A model generated the notes under the pieces. The model saw nothing but the letters and a program-made list of their open reading frames with translations, did no database searches and was not told the origin of the DNA. A DNA stretch of 64,000 nucleotides from Botryllus schlosseri (lineage: Eukaryota): the NCBI GenBank assembly GCA_051294905.1, contig CM119381.1:18476001-18540000 (forward strand). Reading direction: 5' to 3'. The position numbers were made by a program, and so were the translations under genes. Position 1 is the stretch's first letter, and each line of letters opens with the position of its first letter. Shown here one piece after another: positions 43,224 through 53,380 of this stretch.

Positions 43224-43962
43224 ATCCAGCGCATCACCTCTATACCTGATTGGAATCGCTGGCCTTTTTGCATGATATATCAGGTGTGAGCTGCGATGAT
43301 TTTCCAAGTTGAAGTAATTTAATAAAAAATAATTAAAAAATGAAATATAGTGTGAGCACAGGACACCGATTCCAAACAGGACTCTATACAGTTTCATCAC
43401 CATGCAGAGCATAATTCACAACGAAATATCATATAAGTGGTACAATACCTTGGAGAAATAATCATTTACACTCATACTGCCAGAAGCCATCTTTCCTGAG
43501 TCAGATTTGCTTCACCACGTAATCCGTGTGTGCAGGTACCTCCACGGCTTCTTTGCAGTAGTATAGCCTTATTGTTAGATTCAAAGTAGTATTCCGCGTT
43601 TATATACACACTTAAAACAAAAACGAATCAATAAAACCAACCATGCAAGCAGTACAGACAATAGGAGACAGGCCTATCATCATAATGCTGATCAAAACAT
43701 GTGGAACTATGACACATGCTTTGCGCCATTTCTTTCAAACATAGTCATCCTGATGAGAACTGTATAACTTCCACACCCGGTATTTATTTATTCCGCGCCG
43801 CCGAACAAAAAACAACATGCATCAACTACAGACCTGATTGGAATCGCTGGCCATTTTGCCTGATATATCAGGTGAGCAGCGATGAATTTCCAAGTTAAAG
43901 TAATTTGATAAAAACTAATAAAAAAGTATAACAGAGTGTGAGCACAGGAGACCGATTCCATA
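43224..43962. repeat. ~135-bp diverged direct repeat pair (43224-43372 and 43832-43962)
   Basis: acctgattggaatcgctggcc...gatatatcaggtg...tttccaagtt.aagtaattt...gtgtgagcacagga.accgattcca occurs twice. Confidence 0.8.
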
Positions 43963-44179
43963 CTACAGAAAACTTACAAATGGGAGTTCAAAACTTTCAC
44001 GGCGCCATTTTCCCATGACGTCATTAAGTTATGCTTGATCGGAAACAATTTTTGAAAACTATCATAAATCATAAGTATCTATCATCTATTTAGAACGGAG
44101 CTAGAAGCAATGACAAAGGCTTTCATAATGAAGGATATAAATAACTTTCGAACATATATTTCTAAATACTATAACATAT

Positions 44180-44580
44180 ACTTTGATCATTTACTACGTT
44201 TAGCGTCATCTAGTGGCTTATACATTTATATACAATACTTTCTTCACGTTTGTTTTGCCGAGGCTGCTCACTGCTCAGCTGCTGCAAAACAACAAGGGCT
44301 GGTAAGGTAAGATCGAAAGTTTTCCAGGTTGCAAAAAAATCCATTCTAACAAAGTCACTCAATTTAACTTTGGTTTTTGCTGTATTGTATATTGTTGATG
44401 ACCCGACGAGATAACTTTCCTGTAGTTGCGGGCGTTGCATTAGACTCCGTGTTTTAATTGGTAAAAGTTGGAGGTTGTCCACTGTGTTGTGCAGGGACGG
44501 TATATGCATGCACCTGAATGGAGTACATGCCTCACTTATACTAACGAATTCCTCGATGTCCTTCCTGCAGGTGTATTAGC
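44180..44580 (-). mobile_element. Possible decayed Penelope-like (GIY-YIG) 3' remnant
   Basis: Minus frame ..SISEACT..HIPSLHNTVDNLQLL..RSLMQRPQLQESYLVGSSTIYN loosely fits the Penelope endonuclease tail (SAIxEH..NFKIL..LxIxES..LN). Weak. Confidence 0.3.
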
Positions 44581-44871
44581 ATGTTAACAGTGTCTCGTTT
44601 TTACTGTCTCCCCATTTTTCTGTGACTTCCCTCTTGTCAAAATTTCGAAAAAATAAATCAAGAGAAGGCCAGACTGGAATCAGTGGTTGTTTTCATCAAT
44701 AAGTTGCGCGTGATAGAAGGGTTTATTTCATAGAATAATTAAAGAATTATATGAAAAGTTGTGCGTGACGTTTGCCACCAATTCCACTCTGGAGAGAAGG
44801 ATGTATCTCAGTATCTACACTACAAAAAATAATAAGACAAATTTGGTCTTATGGTCTTGAAGTGACTTATT

Positions 44872-45360
44872 AGGATTGGGGAAAGAGGGATATTTGGGCT
44901 TGGAAGGGGATGTTAGGCTTGGGGGAAATTAGGGTTATGGGAGGGGGATATTAAGGTTGGGGTAAGGGGGATTGGAGGTGGGTTAGGGTCAAAGTTGGGG
45001 TTGGGTATCCCAAGATTAGGGTTGGGAATAGGGGATATTAGGGTTGGAGGTGGGTTAGGGTCAAAGTCGGTTGGATATCATGTCCCTCACCCCAACTCTA
45101 ATATCCCCCTCTCCCCCAACCGTAATCTTTGGATGCCCTAACCCACCTCCAATCCCCCTTTCCCCAAACCATAATATCCCCTTTCCCCCAACCCTGACCC
45201 TAATAACCACCAACCCTAATCCCCAACTTTGACCCTAACCCACCTTTAATCCCCCTTTCCGGCAACCCTAATATCCCTCCTCCCATAACCCTAATTTCCC
45301 CCAAGCCTAACATCCCCTCCTAAGCCCTAATATCCCTCTTTCCCCAAACCTAATATCCGT
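44872..45360. repeat. Degenerate TTAGGG-like G-rich arm followed by its CCCTAA-like inverted arm
   Basis: For example ggggatgttaggcttgggggaaattagggttatgggag (44905-44942) vs ctcccataaccctaatttcccccaagcctaacatcccc (45280-45318); centre near 45080. Confidence 0.85.
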
Positions 45361-45624
45361 CTCTCCAAAGACACAAAACACAACAATTCATTTTGACGTT
45401 TATAAATTTTTATTCGTGTTCATGGGAAACATTTATTGGTGATCATGGTGAACACTTTTCGATGTCTACCTACTATCGAAGATGTGCCGACTTTTTTGGA
45501 TAAAAATTCACTTTGAGAATTTTTCGTTTAAAATTAAGACTGAAATTGCTTGAAAATAAGACCATTGTTGCTTAAAACCAAGAGACAAATTCCATGAAAT
45601 TACTACGAGTGCTGTGGGTGGGGG

Positions 45625-46846
45625 CAAAGAATGTAGAAGGACAAGAAGTGCGAGGTCATTGTGTCGTCATTTCATTGTTACGTATGCCGTCCGCCATTTT
45701 GGTCTCAAAAGCTGCAGCGATCTGCCTTCAGTTTGCCTACAGACGCGCTCGCCGGTACTAATAAAATTTATTTTTTGGATAATTTCACCCTTTATTTATA
45801 AAGTCCGACTATGAGTGATTAATTTATACTCCAATTAATCATTACTAAGAAACTGGAACGAGCCTTAACCCGAGAATATAATAAAAAATTCAGAAAAATG
45901 TTCGTGGTATCAGAGGATTTACTCAGATATCTACACTCTACATTCGATATAGAAACACTGTTGGAGCTCAAAAACTACCCATACTTTCCAGATGAAAACC
46001 TGATTTTCAGTGCTGACATAATTGTATCACCGGCCCATCTGCATCCAGAGGCCTGCCCTTCTCTTTTCAAAGCCTGAATCTGATCCTTGTTAAGAAACCT
46101 GCCTATCCTCCTCCATCTGTTCCGCGTTATCCGAGCTTACATGCAACTACCAAAACGATCATAAATTGTACAATTCCGCTATTAATCACATTTGGGTATC
46201 TTGTATGGTTCTCATTGTGTATTTGTATCGTCAAAATGCTACAATTAATTTCACAAGGATTTCGCATTACCAGCGATTTCAACGGCGCAATTTCTTCATC
46301 TTTGTCCCTGAATTTGTTTGCACTGTATACCGTGGCACACAAGACCTGAACAGGTGATAAGGGTGACTCTAAACTTTTAATAATACGGTAATAATAATAA
46401 CGCGCAATTTCTTCATCTTTCTCCCGACACCGGCAATTTCAATTGCAACAAACTTCGCAAAGTCGTCCATTGATCTCGCCTGTAGTTTATTTTGCATCTC
46501 CGCATCCTCTCTTCATCCACTGGAAAACGTTATGCAGCATAGCCACATGTAGGCCTACAATTAGGTGCAGCCCATAAAGGCATTTTGCTGTGGTAGTCCG
46601 GGGTGATCTGAAATAAAAACGACCAGCAGACAACGAAAATACATAAATTCACCTTGGTTTCTATGTCCAATATCCCAGTTGCGAGCGTAATCCCATAAAT
46701 ATCACTGCCAATATGACCGAAAACTACAGCCGCACGCATAGGTTCAGGCTGTTTTTGTGGTCTTTTGAGACCAAAATGGATGCCGCTGCGTAACAGTGGC
46801 GTGACGCAACAATGACCTCGCACTTCTTGTCCTTCTACATTCTTTG
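45625..46846 (-). mobile_element. Decayed P-element derivative (THAP and transposase remnants)
   Basis: ~85-bp TIR starting caaagaatgtagaaggacaagaagtgcgagg; perfect 8-bp TSD ggtggggg. Minus strand from 46593: MPLWAAPNCRPTCGYAA*RFPVDEERMRRCKINYRRDQW (broken THAP). Around 46050-45960: CRWAGDTIMSALKIRFSSGKYG*FL (P-transposase N-terminal RW..I..AL.L...S.K.Y..L pattern). Confidence 0.78.
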
Positions 46847-46944
46847 GGTGGGGGTATTCATGTCAGTGTTAGGTTCTGCATGAAGGGAAGCATAACATTC
46901 CTGGATTTGCAGTTCATTAGATACCCATTATATAACATTATCTT

Positions 46945-48202
46945 TTTTTTTTTTTTCCTGCCCTTCCTCGACCCTCTTTAAGATTTAGGGTCGCCTCTGG
47001 GTCAGGGGTTTTTTAATATATTTTCCAACTAAGGTGTGTTTGTTTCCAACTGAGTTTTTAAGGTTTGAATTAATATAACTATTCCTTCTTGCTTCTTATT
47101 TTCTTTCCCATACCTTATTACAACCAAATACTCCAACTGCTGCGATGGGTTAAAGGCTAGAAGGGGCAGTATCTCCCGTTGCGTTGGAATAGCTGCCTAC
47201 CCGTCGCAAGCAGTTGGGGGGTTTTTGTTTTATGTCTCCATCCTCCCCCGGGGGAGTTTTTGCTATTTTTTGTTTTGGGTTGGCGTTTGGATTAACCAAG
47301 GTTTCTTTTGGAACCCAGCAAGCCCCCCCAAAGTCTTGCGTTTTTCTTTTTGCTTCCTCTTTCGTGCTTATGTTAGACTCTGTGTTGTGTCTAATTTTTC
47401 CGTCAGATCTTCCATTTCCGTGTCCGGGTATTCGAGTAATTTTAGCCTTTGTCTAAGCGTGCCGCACGTTTTTTTGAGTATTTCAGTTACCACATTCTGT
47501 GTACTTTTTGGTTTTTCGTCCCCGTTTTCCAGTTGGATTCGGCTTTGTATTATTTTATGTTTGTAGATGGCCAGGATCACTTTGGTCTGTTCTTTTCTTT
47601 TTTCTGTTTCTTCTCCTTTGATCACGTGATCTTCTGTTATTCTTATTTTTACTCCTTTTTCGTCCCGAATGTAATTGCTTAGTTTTCCTAATATTTTCTG
47701 GGCGACGGGGCATGTGTACACGACATGTTTTGCTGTCTCCTCTCCGTGGCCGCATCTCTGACATTTGGTATTTACTCTTTTTCCGTTTTTGTTGTTTAGG
47801 ATGTTTTTAGAGATTCTTTTCGCCCCAAAAAGATATCCTTCGTGGGCTACTCTGAATTCTGTGATCCTTTATTTATTAGTAATAATCCTTTCTACACTTC
47901 CTGTTTGGAAATGGATGTTCCCCCACTCGATGTTTGAGGGGGGGGGTCGAGCCCGTATGTTCGTTTTCGAACGTGGCTTTTATAGCCTGATAGAATTTTT
48001 TCTGCGTAGCCTCTTTTATTTCATCCAGAGGCCAGTTCAGACTTTCCATCGTTTTTGTTATTTCCCTCCATTCTTGTGGGAGTTCAGTTTTATGTGGCAT
48101 GTTGTTCGTAAACAATGCCGTGTTCCACTTCCTGATTGTAGGGCCTAGACAATATAAGTCAAAGAAATGCCAGAATTCTGTTGGTTTTTCCAGGCTGGCC
48201 AA
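46945..48202 (-). mobile_element. 5'-truncated Tx1/L1-clade LINE (ORF2 C-terminus, 3' UTR, poly(A))
   Basis: CCHC motif CQRCGHGEETAKHVVYTCPVAQKI (~47765-47695); poly(A) at ~46943-46956; 11-bp TSD aacattatctt at 46934-46944 and 48203-48213. Confidence 0.85.
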
Positions 48203-49856
48203 AACATTATCTTGTTCATACCACTTACCTCTTTGTATACAATGCTCAAAACAATATATACTTGAGTCTGAGTATATAATAGTATTTGTGGTGGGTGCGA
48301 CGTGCCACCACCATTGTGTCAGTGAAAAGTGACAAGGTACGGTAAATTGAATTCTTGTTCTAGCGCAAATGCATCCTGTATTTGACTTATTTGAATTGTG
48401 ACATGTGACCAATGAGAAATGGACAAACATGGCACCACCAAATACCTTTGGCTCTCCGCTCTCCAAGCCACCGATTAGATTGTTTTTGCAAGGACCTTTG
48501 ACCGATCAAAATTTGTCAAAGAAAGCTAATTACGTCTTGTGCTCCTGGCTCATGACAATTTACCATTCTGATTTATAAGACCACGGACCATGATGTTTCT
48601 TGATTAGCAAATTCTTCTTAAAAACAAGACCAGAAAAACTGATGCATCAAAGATTGTTCAAAAAAGCACAATGTGTCTTTTAAGAAGTGTTTATCGGTCT
48701 CAGTTATAAAACCGAATAATCTTGGCAATTCAATATGGTCTTAAAAAGTTTGATCAGTCCTAATTTTAAGACCAAATAATCTTGACAATTCGATATGGTC
48801 TTATAAAGCTGAATCAGTCAAGACCGAATAACCTTGACAATTCAATATGGTCTTAAAAGTTTGATCCGTCTTAATTTTAAGTCCGAATAATCTTGACAAT
48901 TTAATATGGTCTAGAAAAGCTTAATCAGTCTCGATTTTAAGACAGTCTCACTTCATCAGTGAGACTAAATTTGCTGAAAATGAGACCAAATCTTCTCAAT
49001 GTCTTGAATTTGAGACCAAAATTGCAAATTATTTTTTGTAGTGTATATATTTTGAAATTGCTCAATGAACCTCAACCGTATGATGGGTGGCACTGGATTT
49101 GACGGCAAGCCACCCTTTCATTCTTTTCTTGCCATTTAACAACACATCAAAATATAATTCAATTGACTGTTGCATTGATAGCGTTTTTGATTGTGACAGA
49201 GGAAACGATTTTTATCTTTTCATGCGTGCATGACTTAATCCTTGAACTCTGGTCTTTTGAATGATATCTATAATCTTCTTCAATCATAGAATGTTGACAG
49301 AGAGGGAATTGTTTATTCGGTTCCACAAATAATACATAAATAAATACAAAGGAATTGAAAGTAATGCACAATCAGGCTGTAACAAAGGGATTGACTGATC
49401 ATACAGTAAGCTACAGCCTGAATGATGAATTGCTGCATCATTTGAAGTGAAGACGGCACATGCACCTGCCAAACATGAAAATGCATGCTACAAACCGTTA
49501 AAGGAGCACAATTGTCAGATAATGTAATAAAAACAAAATAACTGTAAAACCTTTCACCGTCAGTAACTATGAATAAATGTTTAATAAGAAACATGACTAA
49601 TAGTCAAGAATCAACAAGTTCAGGAATAAATAAGTTCAGTATGCATATCACTGCATATAGTATTTATATAGATAGGTACTGCAGGAGGGAAGCTGGTAAT
49701 TACTTGAATGACATCGGAATAATATTAGTAGTAATAAATATATATTACACAGATGATTGATATGACTTGAAACACCGACATGATATAGACCTGTGTGAAT
49801 TTTTGGGTACTTCTATGCACCGACTGCAGGTTATTATAAGCTTGGTCACTCAAAAT

Positions 49857-50807
49857 ATGTCACATTTTGATGTCAAGACCATAATGTTGAATAATGGCAT
49901 TGAGCTGCCAGCGGTCGGCATCGGCACTTCAATGAGCAGTGGAGAGTTACTTCGCAGAACATTGTCCAGTGCTTTGAAGAATGGATATCGACATTTCGAT
50001 TGCGCTCATGTATACGGAAATGAATCAGAGATTGGAGAAGTGCTATCCCAGAAGTTTCTTAATCATGAATTCAGAAGGAATGAACTGTTTATCGCGAGCA
50101 AATTAGGTGTTAGTTGTCTTCACCCAGATGTTGTGAAAACAGAATTAGACGTCACTTTGAAGAATCTACGCATGGACTATCTGGATCTGTATTATGTTCA
50201 CTGGCCTTTTGCCCTGAAATATGATGGCCCGATAAATAACTTTCCCGCAACTCCCGATGGATGCCCAATATTTGACGAAAATGTTGACTATGTAGAAACC
50301 TGGAAAGAAATGGAGAAATTTTACCACAGTGGACAAGTGAAGGCCATTGGGGTCAGCAATTTCAACATATCACAATTGAAAAGACTTCTTCAAAGCTGCG
50401 AAGTCCCACCTGTGGTCCATCAGTTTGAATGCCACCCGTACTTGAACCAAGCTGAAATGATAGAGTTTTGTCAAAAACATCGCATAACGCCTGTTGCATT
50501 TAGTCCATTATGTTGCAAAGATAAGAAAAGGCCGCTGCACAGTGTTGACCTTTTCAATGATTCGATTGTGACTTCTCTTGCCCACAAGTATGAGAGAACA
50601 GTCGCTCAGATTTGTCTCCGTTATCAGATTCAAAGAGGAGTCTCTGTGATTCCGAGAAGCACTAACGGTGAAAGGATGAAAGAGAACATATCGGTTTTTG
50701 ATTTTTGTTTGTCTGACGAGGACGTGGCTGCTATTTCTGGGATGGATAAGAATGTGAGACTTTATTACCCAGATAAGTTTGCAAAACATAAGCACTTTCC
50801 ATTTTAA
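49857..50807 (+). CDS. Aldo-keto reductase (AKR1-like), intronless CDS, 316 aa
   Basis: ATG 49857 (MSHFDVKTIMLNNGIELPAVGIGT). Catalytic tetrad D (FDCAHVY), Y, K (ASKL), H (VHWP); also LDYLDLYYVHWP, KAIGVSNF, QFECHPYLNQ, AQICLRYQIQRG.SVIPRS, ENISVFDF. The upstream TTG start in the ORF track is unlikely. Confidence 0.95.
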   Translation: MSHFDVKTIMLNNGIELPAVGIGTSMSSGELLRRTLSSALKNGYRHFDCAHVYGNESEIGEVLSQKFLNHEFRRNELFIASKLGVSCLHPDVVKTELDVTLKNLRMDYLDLYYVHWPFALKYDGPINNFPATPDGCPIFDENVDYVETWKEMEKFYHSGQVKAIGVSNFNISQLKRLLQSCEVPPVVHQFECHPYLNQAEMIEFCQKHRITPVAFSPLCCKDKKRPLHSVDLFNDSIVTSLAHKYERTVAQICLRYQIQRGVSVIPRSTNGERMKENISVFDFCLSDEDVAAISGMDKNVRLYYPDKFAKHKHFPF

Positions 50808-53380
50808 GAAATTGATTATAATTATGTCGCTTCAGGTGTATTACTGCTAATTTTATTGTGCATTTGATGGTTGACAGTGTTGCATGGAACCCTACGCTAA
50901 GCAAGGCTTCTTGATGAATTGTAATCACACAAACATTGACTATCTCATTCCTTATGAACACATGTCTTTACATGTGCATTAAGTATCATGCTTTTATCCC
51001 AACTTGCATGGTCAAGAATGAAAGTACTAAAATGCATGAGTTTGGCTATATTTCAATCCCTGTTATATTCTTGTTATGCTGTGAAACTCTGAATTAGTGG
51101 TCTTTGTCTTCGATCAATTATACTGCAATGCAATGCGATGAATGTAGGCCTAGTGTTGAGAGACATATATAGCAATATTATGCACTTGGCTTTTAATGAT
51201 AACTGACACTTCTATCCTGTTCAAATGGCTCATTGAACTCCTGGGGTTTATTTAAACGCCAGTTAAGAACCAGTGACTTAGTTTGATCAGGTTGCGGTTC
51301 GAATTGGATCAAACTGAGAAGTCAACTGACCCGGAGTGACTAAATCAGTTCTGTAACCAAATTACAAGGTTCGAGTTGCAAGTCAATCTTGCTTTCATGG
51401 TCTTGACCACAGTCAAGTCGAGTCATTTTCAATTCACCAAGTCCAACAGAGGGTCGAGTCCGAGTCATAGTGTTAAAACTCGAGTCTTAGGATGGAGCCC
51501 AATTCTTCACCTCAACTAAGTAATGCTCAAATGCTTATCTCCACTCAACCAAGTATCGATCGATACTTGGCGCCGAGTGCGCGCCAATTCTCGCTGCTCA
51601 GTTAAGTATCGATTTCCAGACGTCATTTTCCGAAAGTGCATTGTCAGATTTTTGAGGACGATTTTGTCGTGACAACGAGACGCTTTCCTCGTTGTTTCGT
51701 CGCAAAACCTACTATGTAGACGTCGATCTCACTGATTTACCTCATCCAGCCTCTTTCAAGATGGCCCAATAGAAATAATAGTGATACTTGAAGATATCCG
51801 GAACATTCCTTTGCCCCACAGAAGTATATTTACAAGATGTTACAAACCCATTCAAAATTCATAAAGAGAAGTTTCACAGCAGGCGCAAACTTAAGTGCGG
51901 GCCTCAAAGAACAAAAGAATGCATCGATATCATGTAAATAAATTGAAAATTTACATTTCTTCAAGGTGGGCCATTCCCAACATACACAACAAAAGTTGGA
52001 ACCACCACATTCCCAAATCTTCTGAAATTTGGTACATGCATAGATGAGTTAATTTCGAACACAATAAAGTTTATTTGAGGAAAATTGATCCCCGGGGTCA
52101 TCATAAGTTATGTCATTTTGAAAAATTGACGATTTTCTGCTAATTTCAGCTCTGCAGCATTCAGGTTTATCAATGTAAAAGGTGTAAACAGATGTTGGAC
52201 TACAGTTGGCACTGGGTTTTCTGAGTAGCCAGTATATTGGTCTATATTCCCATGTGGTGTAGTGTTAAAGGTTGAATTGAGGTGAAACTTGGTTGATGGT
52301 CTGAAATCGGTCAAGCGGTACACAATTTAGAATGCGAATTGAGCAAAACCTTATGAAAGCTGGTTACAAAGACAATTTTCCATAGATTTTTTATTTGTTT
52401 TTTTGACTGTAAGGTGGGGAAATCGCAATCTCGAGAGTACACTGCATTTGTACATGGATATGCTTAAATTTGGAATATGGTAAACCGATGGTTCCCATAC
52501 TTTTTTGACTCAACACACCTTGCTAAGCTCAAGTTATACTCTGCGGACTATATGTCAATTTCCAACAACCTATTTGAAACCAAGAGCTGTTCCTTGGGTA
52601 TATATTAATGAGAATAGCTACCCATTGCTCCCGCTGTTTACCCGTCCGTTGTCGAGAGGGTACAGAAGAGAATTACTAATATAATTATAAACACAAAATC
52701 CACCCAAGCGCCACTGATTTCATTTGCTCAGCAGAACCTCACATCATGAAATAGCGGCGATTTACTGATACTACAATACCGGTACGGTACTCCGGTATTA
52801 TGCGGGTGTAGCTTACAGTTGGCAACTGGCTAGTGAAAATTGACACTCAAGTCTGGTGGTGCGCTGACTCAAATCTGAGTGTTGATTCAAATGCATTTGA
52901 GTGTGAGTATACTGTTTGGCATGAGTTGAGTAACAAAATTATTGCTGAGTAGAGAATTGCTACTCAGCAGAGAAATTGGGCTCCGCCCTAAGTCATTGTA
53001 TTCACTTTCGAATTCAGATCATGGTCAACCCACTTTATTACAACTGTGCTTAGCTGATATCAAATGCCTTGCATCAGTAATATACTAATTTCCCCACTCT
53101 TAACAAGTTTCGATCCCTATTTTTCCGTCTGAGTCTCGAGTCATATGTCTTGGTCTAATCATGCGCAGTTCAAGTACACGAGCCCAAGTTGAGTCAATAT
53201 AGAAATTAACTCAATTCAAGTCGAGTCATCTTCCATATTTTGAAATTTGCGACTCGATTCATTACAACCCTGAACTAAATGTCTTACTGAACTACAGCTG
53301 TTACTAAACAGCATCAAAACTACCTACAAACCTCATACAGCGTCATTTATTTCCAGTTTCTACGCTAGAGTTGTCATTGC

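Larger units (their letters stand above)
44818..49043. mobile_element. Non-autonomous CACTA/EnSpm (CMC) element, 4.2 kb, hosting two nested insertions
   Basis: TIR cactacaaaaaataat / attattttttgtagtg, flanked by TA on both sides; ggtctt/aagacc subterminal repeats at both ends, forming a tandem array at 48690-48950. Confidence 0.85.

Noticed and set aside
44170-44235. Hammerhead ribozyme in the Penelope-like remnant
   Set aside because: Only a corrupted core (ctagatgac...cgaaag) is present, without convincing stems. Other ctgatga hits I checked also lacked a paired GAAA core.
44872-45360. Chromosome end-to-end fusion scar
   Set aside because: The polarity fits, but the repeats are degenerate and lie inside intact CACTA TIRs; a transposon origin is simpler.
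47214-48148. Hydrophobic Phe-rich plus-strand ORFs as membrane proteins
   Set aside because: They are the antisense of A-rich LINE ORF2 and 3' UTR sequence.
48690-48950. CRISPR-like array
   Set aside because: These are contiguous degenerate tandem units without unique spacers, the subterminal repeats of the CACTA element in a eukaryotic genome.
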